64,000 bases of DNA from Opitutaceae bacterium (GTDB taxonomy: Bacteria; Verrucomicrobiota; Verrucomicrobiia; Opitutales; Coraliomargaritaceae), in contig JBPOFY010000008.1 of the NCBI GenBank assembly GCA_051252375.1, forward strand, positions 32,001 to 96,000. The letters are read 5' to 3'. The position numbers were made by a program, and so were the translations under genes. The first letter of the stretch is position 1, and the number at the start of each line of letters is the position of its first letter. The notes under the pieces were generated by a model, which worked only from the letters and a program-made list of their open reading frames with translations, was not told the DNA's origin and did no database searches. Shown here in pieces: positions 35,833 through 47,060 of this stretch.

Positions 35833-38800
35833 ATGCCCCAGTCGATACAACTCAAGATCACGCCCCTACTATTGCTATTCTTAGCAATAGTGAGCGCTCA
35901 CGCGTCTGAGCCAACGAAGCGCATCCTCTACCTAAGCTCCTACCATTCAGAGTTTACCTCAGCGCCGGGCCATTTCAAAGCAGTCACGCAGCTGCTCAAC
36001 CAAGCAGGCCGAGAAATCGACGTCATCTATATGGACACAAAACGCCGTCCTGTGGCGGAGCGTTTCCCGCTCACACACGAACAAATCCATGACAAGGTTC
36101 AATCTGACGGCAGCTATGACCTCATCCTGTCGTCGGATGACAATGCTCTGAAATTCCTACTACAGTATAAGGATGAATTATTGGGGTCGATCCCTGTCAT
36201 CTTTTTTGGAATTAATGATTATGAATTAGCTAATACCGCAGCGCAACGCGCCGACTATTCCGGAATTTTAGAACAGAACTCCCTAGATGAAAATGCGGAA
36301 CTCGCATTCGATCTCTTTCCGGACTTGGGCACGTTGCATGTGATTACCGATCCCACTCCGAGTGGTCAGGCCCAATTAAAGTCCCTACTGGTAAATCTAT
36401 CGTCGGAGATAAAAGCCCGACTTCAGGTCGAAGATTTAAGTCGTTATAGTTTCTCCGAGCTCGCAGAGCAGCTGCAATCGTATCCGAACAACGACGTCAT
36501 ACTCTTACTCTCGGCGTATGCAGACAAGGAAGGCATGCAAATGGGGTTTCTGGATCTGACGTTGTGGCTCAAACGCCACGCGCAGAGACCGATCATCTAC
36601 CCCTATTCACACGGAATTGGGCTCGGTTTCCTTGGAGGAAAAGTAGTCTCACATTACCAAATGGCCCAACTGGCGACGACACTTGCTGAAGACTACCTCA
36701 ACGGTAAGCCGCTTCCGGAAAATCATTTGATCGAAGATTACGGCAACATTTACACCTTTGATTATAAGGAGCTGCAGCGCCATCAGCTGCGCGTCTCCCA
36801 ATTACCCAAAGGCGCAGTGATACTCGACCAGCCTCTATCCATTTATGCGAAATACAAGGCCTACTTCATCACTGCATTTATCGTCGCCGTCTTACTCGCT
36901 GCCTGCGGTATAGTGATCGGGTTCATTTATTTAAGACAGCGAAAGCTGCTGATTAGTCTCAAGGAAAGTGAAGGCCAAACCGCTGGCCTTTTCAAAAATA
37001 GCTCCACTCCCATACTCCTGATCGCCCCCCAAGGTGGACAAATCCTCAATGCCAATCCCGCCGCCCTGGACTATTACGGCTACTCCCAGACTGAACTCTC
37101 ACAACTCAATTTATCGGAAATTGATGGAGGTGCTTTTGCTGCGATGGATGATATGTTGGAGCGTGTCACCGCAGGCGAAAGAAAGAGCTATCAATTTAAG
37201 CACCGTTTGCGCAACGGTGAACAAAGGACAGTCGAAGTCCTGTTCATTTGCATACAGCAGCAAGAAGAACCCGTGCTCTTCTCAATCGTGCAAGACAACA
37301 CGGAACGGCGTCATATGGAAGAGGTTTTAGCCGCCGAGCAAACACGACTCTCTAACATACTCTCAGGCACCCACGTCGGCACTTGGGAATGGAATGTGGA
37401 GACGAGCGCTTTGAAGCTAAATCAGTATTGGGCAGAAATGGTCGGCTATAGTCTAGAGGAACTGGCTCCCCTTACATTAGAGACGTGGATCAATCTATCC
37501 CACCCGGACGACCTCGAAGTTGCAATGGAACGCATCAACGATCACTTCGAGGGGAGAACAGACTACTACGCGTGCGAACTGCGCATGAAGCATAAAAACG
37601 GCTCATGGGTCTGGATTCTGGCCCGAGGGAAACTCGCCACGCGGACGCAAGAAGGGAAGCCTGAATGGATGTATGGCACCCACCAAGACATCACGGGAAT
37701 CAAAAAACACGAAGCCGCACTCATCGAAGCGAAGGAGGCGGCTGAAGCCGCCAGCCAAGCAAAGAATGTCTTTCTCGCGACAATGAGCCATGAATTGCGC
37801 ACGCCCCTGAACCCGATCCTCGGGTTTACCGATCTGCTACTCGATACAACAGATTTGCCTGACGAACAGCGGGGATGGCTGAAGATCATCCAGTCCCGCT
37901 CAAAAGACCTGCTACAACTCATTGAAGATATTTTGAATATCTCACGTATCGAAGCCGGCCGACTCAGGATCGAAACTAAACCAAGCTTAGTGCAAGATAT
38001 CCTGGATGGCATCTACGGTATCTTTGAGCGACCCTGTGCCGAGAAAGGCCTGATCTTAAAATTTGAAATCGCGCCAGAACTGAATGCCCCCTGCTGCATC
38101 GACCCGACTCGCACGCGACAAATACTACTCAATCTGGTCAGCAATGCCATTAAGTTTTCAGAATCTGGAGAAATCAAGGTCATCGCAAAGCTGGAAACCG
38201 GCAGCGAAAGCGATCGCATGGATGTGCCAAATTTGCATTTAACCGTGCGTGACCAAGGCCCAGGCATTCCTGTAGAACAACACGAAGTCGTCTTTCAGGA
38301 ATTTCAACAACTCGACGGCTCAGATAGCCGTGCGCATGAAGGAGTCGGACTCGGCTTAGCCATCTGTAAACGCCTCACAAAACTCATGCGCGGCAATATT
38401 TGGGTCAACCCTGACTATAAGCAAGGAGCTGAGTTTCATGTCCAGATACCGACACCTCTGCAACAAGCGATCCCCAGCGAACCTCCTGTCTCCGAAGTTA
38501 CCAACGAACAAAGTGCTCCGCCCACGCAAATCACATCGACTACGCCTGAAGCCGTCAGTGTAGCTTCTAAAAAAGATACAAAAGTCCTACTGGTCGAAGA
38601 TGATCCCAGCAATGCACAACTGATTAAAATTTGCTTGAAGCAGCGTCATTATCACGTGACGCATGCCAAGAACGGGCAAGAAGCTGTCGAGCTATGCACC
38701 ACACAGCGCTTCTCCATCATCCTCATGGATATAAAAATGCCAGGGATGAGTGGGTTTGAAGCCACTCGTATCCTGCGCCAAAGAGGCAACACCACTCCCA

Positions 38801-38934
38801 TCATCGCCATCACTGCGCTCGCCTTTCAAGACGACCAACTGGATTTAATCGACGCGGGAATGGATGGGGGCCTGCAAAAGCCAGTCACCCCAAAAGCTCT
38901 CTGGGCTATCATTGATGAGACTATCAAAAATTAA
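35833..38934 (+). CDS. Hybrid sensor kinase: periplasmic ABC-substrate-binding-like sensor, TM, two PAS, HisKA, HATPase, REC
   Basis: ILYLSSYH and SSDDNAL sensor motifs, NANPAA, HPDD..RMKHKNGSWVW, MSHELRTPLN, GVGLGL, LLVEDD and MDIKMP. Confidence 0.92.
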   Translation: MPQSIQLKITPLLLLFLAIVSAHASEPTKRILYLSSYHSEFTSAPGHFKAVTQLLNQAGREIDVIYMDTKRRPVAERFPLTHEQIHDKVQSDGSYDLILSSDDNALKFLLQYKDELLGSIPVIFFGINDYELANTAAQRADYSGILEQNSLDENAELAFDLFPDLGTLHVITDPTPSGQAQLKSLLVNLSSEIKARLQVEDLSRYSFSELAEQLQSYPNNDVILLLSAYADKEGMQMGFLDLTLWLKRHAQRPIIYPYSHGIGLGFLGGKVVSHYQMAQLATTLAEDYLNGKPLPENHLIEDYGNIYTFDYKELQRHQLRVSQLPKGAVILDQPLSIYAKYKAYFITAFIVAVLLAACGIVIGFIYLRQRKLLISLKESEGQTAGLFKNSSTPILLIAPQGGQILNANPAALDYYGYSQTELSQLNLSEIDGGAFAAMDDMLERVTAGERKSYQFKHRLRNGEQRTVEVLFICIQQQEEPVLFSIVQDNTERRHMEEVLAAEQTRLSNILSGTHVGTWEWNVETSALKLNQYWAEMVGYSLEELAPLTLETWINLSHPDDLEVAMERINDHFEGRTDYYACELRMKHKNGSWVWILARGKLATRTQEGKPEWMYGTHQDITGIKKHEAALIEAKEAAEAASQAKNVFLATMSHELRTPLNPILGFTDLLLDTTDLPDEQRGWLKIIQSRSKDLLQLIEDILNISRIEAGRLRIETKPSLVQDILDGIYGIFERPCAEKGLILKFEIAPELNAPCCIDPTRTRQILLNLVSNAIKFSESGEIKVIAKLETGSESDRMDVPNLHLTVRDQGPGIPVEQHEVVFQEFQQLDGSDSRAHEGVGLGLAICKRLTKLMRGNIWVNPDYKQGAEFHVQIPTPLQQAIPSEPPVSEVTNEQSAPPTQITSTTPEAVSVASKKDTKVLLVEDDPSNAQLIKICLKQRHYHVTHAKNGQEAVELCTTQRFSIILMDIKMPGMSGFEATRILRQRGNTTPIIAITALAFQDDQLDLIDAGMDGGLQKPVTPKALWAIIDETIKN

Positions 38935-38954
38935 GCGCCAAATCCGAAAAAAAA

Positions 38955-38977
38955 GGTCAAACGCAAACTATAAAGAT
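38955..38977 (-). repeat. 23-bp inverted repeat, right copy
   Basis: GGTCAAACGCAAACTATAAAGAT preceded by an A-run; pairs with 35542..35564. Confidence 0.8.
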
Positions 38978-39112
38978 CCAGGACATCAGCCTATCGGCGA
39001 GCAGATGAGACAATAAGGGTTGTCATACCGTCAGGGAACAAAGCGACAAGAGTGCCTCTTCTACGGTGCGGGCAAATCTCCGCGGCATACGAAAACGCCC
39101 AACTCCTATTCG

Positions 39113-39160
39113 AAGTTGGGCGTTCAAAGTTAAACGTTGGATGTTCGAGCGACTTGTCGC
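39113..39160. repeat. Heptameric tandem repeat (nnGTTnn x5) plus a short palindrome
   Basis: AAGTTGG GCGTTCA AAGTTAA ACGTTGG ATGTTCG, then GCGACTTGTCGC, immediately downstream of gatB. Confidence 0.7.
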
Positions 39161-39162
39161 GC

Positions 39163-40629
39163 CTACCCCTCATCGATGAGCTTCTTCAGAAGCTGATCGA
39201 GCATTGCAGGATTGGCTTTGCCTTTGGTGGCTTTCATGACGGGGCCCTTCAAGGCGTTGAGCGCCTTTTCGTTGCCTTCTTTATATTGGCCGACGGCTTT
39301 GGCGTTGCCGGCGATGGCTTCGCGGCAGAGGGCTTCGATCTCGCCGGTGTCGTTGCTTTGCTTGAGACCTTTCTTCTCGACGATCGCGTCGGGCATGTCG
39401 CCGGTGGCGAACATTTCAGTGAAGACTTCTTTGCCGATTTGTTTGGAGATGACGCCTTCGTCGATGATCTTTGCAAGCGTGCCAATGTGCGCGGGTGTGA
39501 GCTTTGATTGGCTGACAGAGTGCGCCGATTCACCGTGCTCGGAGACTGCGGAGAGTTCGCGCAACAAGTCGTTGGTGATGTAGTTGGCGATCGCCTTGGG
39601 CGCGTTGTGCGTTTCCAAAGCGGCTTCAAAGAATTCACTGAGCTCGCGGTCTTGGCAGAGCACTGAAGTGATGGTAAAGGGAAGATCGAGGTCTTTCTGA
39701 TAGCGGCGTTGCTTGTCCAAGGGACGCTCTGGCAGCTCGGCTTCGAGCTCGGCAACGCGGGCGCGGCCCATTTGCACGGGCATCAAATCGGGGTCTGGGA
39801 AATAGCGGTAGTCGTGGGCTTCTTCTTTGCTGCGCAGTGAGAAGCTGATGCCCTTGTCCACATCCCAGCGACGGGTCTCTTGCGTGATGCTGCCGCCGTC
39901 TTCCAGAATTTCAGTCTGGCGTTGAATCTCGTATTCGATCGATGCCTTGACGTTGGACATCGAGTTCAAGTTCTTCATCTCGGTGCGGGTGCCGAGCTTG
40001 TCGGAACCGACGGGACGAATGGAGACGTTGGCGTCGCAGCGCATTTGACCCTTCTCCATATCACAGTCGGAAATACCGGCATAGATGATCATGTTGCGCA
40101 GGCAGTTTAAAAAAGCGACTGCCTCAGTGGAGGAGCTCATATCAGGCTCGGTCACGATTTCGGCGAGCGGCACGCCGGCGCGGTTGAAATCGATTACGGT
40201 TTCGAAAGCTTCGTGTGTCAGCTTACCTGGATCTTCTTCGAGGTGAATACGGTTGAGAATCACCCAACGATGCTCGCCTTCGACATTGCGCGATGGACCA
40301 GGGAGTTCGATCTCGACCTTGCCACCAATGCAGAGCGGTTGCTCGTTTTGCGTGAGTTGGTAGTTCTTCGGCGAGTCGGGATAAAAGTAGTTCTTGCGGT
40401 CCCACTTACACTCTTCGGCGATCTCGCAGCCGAGCATGAGACCGAGCTTGGCGCACTTCTCGATCGCGGCGTGGTTGAGCACGGGCAATGTCCCCGGAAG
40501 CCCGAGCACGACGGCGTCGGTCAAGGTGTTGGGCGCAGCACCATACTCGTAAGGCGCGGCGGTGAACATCTTAGTGCGGGTTTTGACTTGGACGTGAATT
40601 TCTAGTCCGATGACTGCTTCGTAGTTCAT
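39163..40629 (-). CDS. gatB: Asp/Glu-tRNA amidotransferase subunit B
   Basis: IGLEIHVQ, RKNYFYPD, RIHLEED, MRCDANVS and YRYFPDPDL. Confidence 0.98.
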   Translation of the reverse strand: MNYEAVIGLEIHVQVKTRTKMFTAAPYEYGAAPNTLTDAVVLGLPGTLPVLNHAAIEKCAKLGLMLGCEIAEECKWDRKNYFYPDSPKNYQLTQNEQPLCIGGKVEIELPGPSRNVEGEHRWVILNRIHLEEDPGKLTHEAFETVIDFNRAGVPLAEIVTEPDMSSSTEAVAFLNCLRNMIIYAGISDCDMEKGQMRCDANVSIRPVGSDKLGTRTEMKNLNSMSNVKASIEYEIQRQTEILEDGGSITQETRRWDVDKGISFSLRSKEEAHDYRYFPDPDLMPVQMGRARVAELEAELPERPLDKQRRYQKDLDLPFTITSVLCQDRELSEFFEAALETHNAPKAIANYITNDLLRELSAVSEHGESAHSVSQSKLTPAHIGTLAKIIDEGVISKQIGKEVFTEMFATGDMPDAIVEKKGLKQSNDTGEIEALCREAIAGNAKAVGQYKEGNEKALNALKGPVMKATKGKANPAMLDQLLKKLIDEG

Positions 40630-40634
40630 GAATG

Positions 40635-40674
40635 AAAATGGCTGATAGCTAATGAGTAATGACTAAGGATACGT
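40635..40674 (-). repeat. Heptamer-based repeat directly upstream of the gatB start
   Basis: ATAGCTAATGAGTAATGACTAAGG is a near-copy of 42226..42249. Confidence 0.75.
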
Positions 40675-40682
40675 CGGTTTTA

Positions 40683-40743
40683 TACAGAATAATTACTATG
40701 ATCGGTTCTTAAAATAATTATTCTGTCACCAATTATTCTGTAA
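40683..40743. repeat. ACAGAATRATT / AATYATTCTGT palindromic element (gatA-gatB junction)
   Basis: AAATAATTATTCTGTCACCAATTATTCTGTA is nearly identical to about 56537..56567. Confidence 0.8.
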
Positions 40744-40745
40744 AA

Positions 40746-42212
<1,467 letters not shown>

Positions 42213-42215
42213 TTA

Positions 42216-42257
42216 AAAATGAATAATAGCTAATGAGTGATGGCTAAGGAAATACGT
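42216..42257 (-). repeat. Heptamer-based repeat directly upstream of the gatA start
   Basis: Near-copy of 40635..40674. Confidence 0.75.
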
Positions 42258-42262
42258 AGAAT

Positions 42263-42348
42263 TTAACCACAGAAGGCACAAAAATCACAAAACGACTCGA
42301 ATGTGCTCCAACCATAGCTTTTGTGTCTTCTGTGCTTTTTGTGGTTAA
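42263..42348. repeat. REP/MITE-like inverted repeat with 30-bp arms of 9-bp period (gatC-gatA junction)
   Basis: TTAACCACAGAAGGCACAAAAATCACAAAA ... TTTTGTGTCTTCTGTGCTTTTTGTGGTTAA. Confidence 0.85.
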
Positions 42349-42365
42349 TCAAAACAGGATACTGC

Positions 42366-42659
42366 TTACTCGACGACTTTTGGGACGACGACTTGGTTGC
42401 CGCGTGACTCGGGGGCCATTTTGGTGAGGACTTCGGGGGCGTAGGTCTCGCCTGGCTCGTCGCCTTCGCGCCAGACGTTGAAGACTTTGTGCGCGTGTGC
42501 CATCGGCTCGACGCCTTCGACGTCGACGGTGTTGAGCTTGTCGAAATAGCCAAGGATGTCGTCGAGTTGACTGCCAAGCTTGGCCTTTTCTTCGTCGGAA
42601 AGATCAAGCCGCGCTAAGTTCGCGACGTAATCGATATCGATGTGTGGTGTTTCAGACAT
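42366..42659 (-). CDS. gatC: Asp/Glu-tRNA amidotransferase subunit C
   Basis: YVANLARL, ILGYFDKL, GVEPM and VPKVVE; lies directly before gatA. Confidence 0.96.
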   Translation of the reverse strand: MSETPHIDIDYVANLARLDLSDEEKAKLGSQLDDILGYFDKLNTVDVEGVEPMAHAHKVFNVWREGDEPGETYAPEVLTKMAPESRGNQVVVPKVVE

Positions 42660-42677
42660 GGTAATTGTGGAGATGAA

Positions 42678-43325
42678 CTATTTTAAAAATTTGATCGCAA
42701 CAAAGCCGAGGATGACGAGCACGAGCCCAGCCATCATGAGCCATTCAAAATGCTTTTCAAGGAATGGCTTGATCGTCTTGCCGAACATACGGATCAATCC
42801 GGCTACAAGGAAGAAGCGGAAACCGCGCCCGATGACAGAAGCGAAGGTGAACTGTAAAAAATCAAAGTGTAGCATACCGGATGCAATGGTGAACACCTTG
42901 TAGGGAATTGGCGTGATCGCCGCGACGAGGATGCCGAAGAAACCATATTCGTTATACCAGACCTGCACTTTATCGATCACCGGTTGCCCATGATAGAAAT
43001 CGACGATGCGCTGTCCGATGCCTTCGTAGAGCCCCCACCCGATATAATAGCCCAACATCCCGCCAAGCACCGAGGCGACCGTGCACCACAGTGCGAGTTT
43101 GAACCATTTTGTGGGCGTCGAGAAACAGAGTGCCATCAACAGCACATCGGGCGGCACCGGAAAGAAAGAGGACTCGGCAAACGACAAAAGCACCAACATG
43201 GGCAAGGCATACGGGGTATCCGCCCAGTGCAGAGTCCAGAAATAGACCTTCTTGATCGGGTTACGCGTAGCATGGGCTTGCGCCATGGCTTCGCTGGGCT
43301 GGGTCTCGATGGTTTCTGGATTCAT
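42678..43325 (-). CDS. YqaA family (DedA/VTT) membrane protein
   Basis: SFAESSFFPVPPD, TPIPYKVFTIASG and GRGFRFF. Confidence 0.92.
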   Translation of the reverse strand: MNPETIETQPSEAMAQAHATRNPIKKVYFWTLHWADTPYALPMLVLLSFAESSFFPVPPDVLLMALCFSTPTKWFKLALWCTVASVLGGMLGYYIGWGLYEGIGQRIVDFYHGQPVIDKVQVWYNEYGFFGILVAAITPIPYKVFTIASGMLHFDFLQFTFASVIGRGFRFFLVAGLIRMFGKTIKPFLEKHFEWLMMAGLVLVILGFVAIKFLK

Positions 43326-43622
43326 GGTAGATGCAACGCAGGCAGAAAAAAGTAGACCTGCATGCGAAGCTGCTAGTCAGTTTTACCAAAGATTAATGTC
43401 AACACACGATCCATGGATAAAAAAACACCTTACTCGACAACTTTCGAGGCGACGACTGGGCTGTGACAGGGCTCAAGCGTCATTTTAGTGAGGGCTTAGA
43501 GGGCGTATCTTCCGCATCATCCTACCTTCAAATGGAAGCTGGTTGACAGTTGAAATCGACACTAATACCAACAAATTAAAGCAATGTAACGAAAGCTTAG
43601 CTTAACGACACATAAGTCAGCG

Positions 43623-46600
43623 ATGGATCTAACACAGAAAAGCCTCAAGTTCGGAAGGAATTTAGCACTACTTGCCCTCCTTCTTCTGATCGCGTCAGGA
43701 TGCTCGAAGAACGACGAGCCAGCCATCGAAACAGTTGAGGGAGACGCCAAAGACGCAGTTCTTCCAATTGAGAACAAGCCAAGCGTAGTGATCAGTGCGG
43801 AGAAGCAGGTGACTGACGAAATCACTCCTCTGGAAGAGAACCTCAGCCTTTCAATGCAAATCGTTCTCATACAAAGCGGTGAGAGTGATTACATTCCGGG
43901 GATTGTCGTTCGAGCACCTGAATCGGCGTCAAGCAATCAAACTGAATGGGTCATCAGTAAGTCCATGCCAGACACTGATGAAGCCGTCGCACTCTACAGA
44001 ACGAGATCAAAGACACCTAGACCGGTTCAACTGAAAAAAATAATGGATACTGAGTCAGGTCTGTCGTTTTTCAGCAGCCGTTTTACGACAGTAAAATATG
44101 GGCACCCTCTCGATCAAACGGAAATCTCTAATAAGCAACATCAAGGCTTACAAATTGAGATGATAGGCAACATTGCGGAAGATGTGCTGACCGAGGCAAG
44201 GCATCAACTGGATACACTCAAAGAAGAGCTCCGCATTTTAAACGAGTCTGGAGATCCACGCCAAAGCCGTTCCCGACGCGACCCGTCCATGCAACAAGAT
44301 TATTACGCCAATATGACTCGCTTAGATAGAGAGATTCGCGATCTAGAGGGAACAGTCACATTCCCGTTCCAGGACTTAAGCCTGCAATACGGTCCAGCTG
44401 ATGCGACCGAGAGTGCATTTTTGATATCAGACGATGGCATCGTATCAGCCATAAGTAATGGCAGCGAGTGGGTATACTTGGATAAAGAAACGCTCATTCC
44501 CCCAGCTGAACTAGCTGGTATCAGTGTTGAGTTATCAAGCTATTCCAGCGGCCTAAGACTCTCCCTGACTTTAAAAGAAAATCAACGTTTCAGCCAGCAA
44601 GCCTACTTCGTAGTCGCCGAAACAACTTACGGTCTAGAATCGATAGGAAGCGGTAGTGTAGAAGATCGATTGGATATAGTGACACCGATAGAGGTTCCTT
44701 TCAGTAACTCCAATAACTCCTCTGCTAGATCTGTTCGATGCCCTGTAAAGTGGAACAAGCGGCCGACCACACTTTGGCTTCGAATTTTTAGAGGTGATGA
44801 CATGGATAACCCAATCATTGCAGAGTCCATGGATGTAGAGATGCATGACTCGATGACTGTTCGCTGGCAATCACCCCCCTCCCCTTTAATCGAGCTCCCC
44901 GAAGCCGAGCCCAATAGTCCGGAAGATTTGGTCGAATCGGACGGGCCTGTTGAATTGTCCGGAGAGTTGATAGACATCGTGCCTACCGGAGATGATAACC
45001 TGTTAATTTTTCAGACCAACGAGGCTCCTTACTGGCAAGTCTTTGATTTATCAGAGGGAGCGTTTATAGATATGCCGTGGAGCACTGATGAAGATACTTT
45101 AATTGCGTCTCAGGGTGAGAAAATGTATCTCCTATCTAGAAAAACGAAAATCCTAGAAATCTGGGACATTAAGACAAAAGAGAAGCTAGGGCTGGAACTA
45201 CTACAAATTGAAGAAGAGATTCAATCGATTGCAGCCCCGACGCATGCACCTCAACAGCCGATCCTAGTCGTCACCTCAGAGGGGAGCTACTTGTTCGACC
45301 CAGAAAAATTTGAGGGAATCTTACTACCGACATCATTATCTGGGCTCACCTACTACGAGGAATCAAGTAGCGACGCACCACGAACATACTTGCACAATAG
45401 AGTTTGGGCTAGAGCTGCCAGGAATGGCAAAGAATACACCGTGGCAGGATTCTCCAGTGACAATAATGGAAAGCCAAAGCTCTCGTCGCGCATCATCAAG
45501 CTAAGCACAAGTTATGATGTCAGCCTTGCAAATACCTCTCGTTATAGATCGCAAAATCCAGACCCGTATACTGACCAATCAGATACAGGAGTTTCACTGA
45601 AGGCCACAAGTCGGACACAATCGTCTGAAGTAGGCTTAGCATCTGGGAAAATCTTATTTTTCAAAAAGGATTCCAGAGGGAGTTCGGACGCCTTTGCCCA
45701 TATTTCAAATCCAGCAGATTTGCCCAAAAAAAATAATTATTTCGAAGACCTCCTTAGACCTGACCGAGAGGTATATTTCGATCTGGCTAAAAGAATTCTA
45801 ATTGTCCCACAGAAAAACAATTTTCACTACTACCGCTTAAACATAGATGACATTCCGCCCCTCCCTGCCAGCTTTGTCTTTCCTGGTGAAGAAGTCATCA
45901 TTCCCTTACCTCGGGGATCCGCGCACCACATAACCTCGGGAAATACCGAGGGGACAAAAATCTACGACGGTAATCTCCATTGGAATCCGAAAGGTGATTC
46001 ATCAGGCAACGCCAGTATCAGTCTAGTCTGGTATGCGGAACTGGGCAGTAAGATGACCAAGAGCTATTCTATAAGAGTCGAGAAGACTGAAACTCACCCT
46101 CTAGTCGAACTCAGCAATGGAAAATCAGGCAGATTACAGCCACGTTGCAATATACCCATGAATGGTAAGTATTTTGTGGGCTTTGCAGGCTGCGGAAATG
46201 TCATCCTCATGAGGCACGACAAGGTTCTTGAAGGCTGGAGCCTCATCGATGGCAATCAACTCTTCACGATGAGCGACCTACCGGGAGAATATTTCGGAGA
46301 TGCAGATTACGCCTATCGGTATAGTAAAGATGGCAGTTTTACCTCTATAGATCTGATCACAGGGCACGTCCGTTCAGCGAACCTACATAAGCAGCTGAAT
46401 CTGGGCGAGCGGGACGAAATCGATGATATCATCACAGGCATGTCTTCACGGCTCCCGCTATTAGCAATCGTTTCGCGTAATCACAGAGATTCTATATATG
46501 AAATATCTAGAAGCACACTGGGGATTACACAGCCTAATATAAAACAAGAAAACCAGCGTTCCCATTTTTCCAGTTTAAAATCAAATCCTTCAGGAAGCGC

Positions 46601-47021
46601 TATATCTACAAGTAACAATACGATTTACCGAGACGGCAGTAATGTCTTTTTCTATGAAGGTCGCACTGCTGGAATACCCAGTGCATCCGGGCAATATAAG
46701 CACAGCGGCAATTGGTTGGGCGTTGTCGGGGATCAGAGCCAAAGCATCGACCTGAAAAACAAAATCCGGAATTTACCAGATGGAGTCAGTTTCAAATTTG
46801 ATGAATCAGGACGCTATCTGCTCATAGAAAACAGCGATTGGAGCGATAAGCCAAAAACAATATCAATTCGAGACATCGAAGGGGATCTCAATCGAGAACT
46901 CGCGAAGATATCCATTGAGAGAATAGGCCATCAAAGAATAGAGGTCACCTATATCAGCGAGTCTGGAAAACTTGTCGTCAAAGGCGATGCGGGTTATACA
47001 GTCTATGACCTTTACCTCTAG
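43623..47021 (+). CDS. Large hypothetical lipoprotein with probable beta-propeller and Ig-like domains
   Basis: Lipobox LIASGC, beta-rich repeats such as WQVFDL, LEIWDI and LEGWSL, and a short coiled coil. Confidence 0.7.
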   Translation: MDLTQKSLKFGRNLALLALLLLIASGCSKNDEPAIETVEGDAKDAVLPIENKPSVVISAEKQVTDEITPLEENLSLSMQIVLIQSGESDYIPGIVVRAPESASSNQTEWVISKSMPDTDEAVALYRTRSKTPRPVQLKKIMDTESGLSFFSSRFTTVKYGHPLDQTEISNKQHQGLQIEMIGNIAEDVLTEARHQLDTLKEELRILNESGDPRQSRSRRDPSMQQDYYANMTRLDREIRDLEGTVTFPFQDLSLQYGPADATESAFLISDDGIVSAISNGSEWVYLDKETLIPPAELAGISVELSSYSSGLRLSLTLKENQRFSQQAYFVVAETTYGLESIGSGSVEDRLDIVTPIEVPFSNSNNSSARSVRCPVKWNKRPTTLWLRIFRGDDMDNPIIAESMDVEMHDSMTVRWQSPPSPLIELPEAEPNSPEDLVESDGPVELSGELIDIVPTGDDNLLIFQTNEAPYWQVFDLSEGAFIDMPWSTDEDTLIASQGEKMYLLSRKTKILEIWDIKTKEKLGLELLQIEEEIQSIAAPTHAPQQPILVVTSEGSYLFDPEKFEGILLPTSLSGLTYYEESSSDAPRTYLHNRVWARAARNGKEYTVAGFSSDNNGKPKLSSRIIKLSTSYDVSLANTSRYRSQNPDPYTDQSDTGVSLKATSRTQSSEVGLASGKILFFKKDSRGSSDAFAHISNPADLPKKNNYFEDLLRPDREVYFDLAKRILIVPQKNNFHYYRLNIDDIPPLPASFVFPGEEVIIPLPRGSAHHITSGNTEGTKIYDGNLHWNPKGDSSGNASISLVWYAELGSKMTKSYSIRVEKTETHPLVELSNGKSGRLQPRCNIPMNGKYFVGFAGCGNVILMRHDKVLEGWSLIDGNQLFTMSDLPGEYFGDADYAYRYSKDGSFTSIDLITGHVRSANLHKQLNLGERDEIDDIITGMSSRLPLLAIVSRNHRDSIYEISRSTLGITQPNIKQENQRSHFSSLKSNPSGSAISTSNNTIYRDGSNVFFYEGRTAGIPSASGQYKHSGNWLGVVGDQSQSIDLKNKIRNLPDGVSFKFDESGRYLLIENSDWSDKPKTISIRDIEGDLNRELAKISIERIGHQRIEVTYISESGKLVVKGDAGYTVYDLYL

Positions 47022-47060
47022 CCTAACTAATCGCTAGCAAAGCATAACAACAGCAATAAA

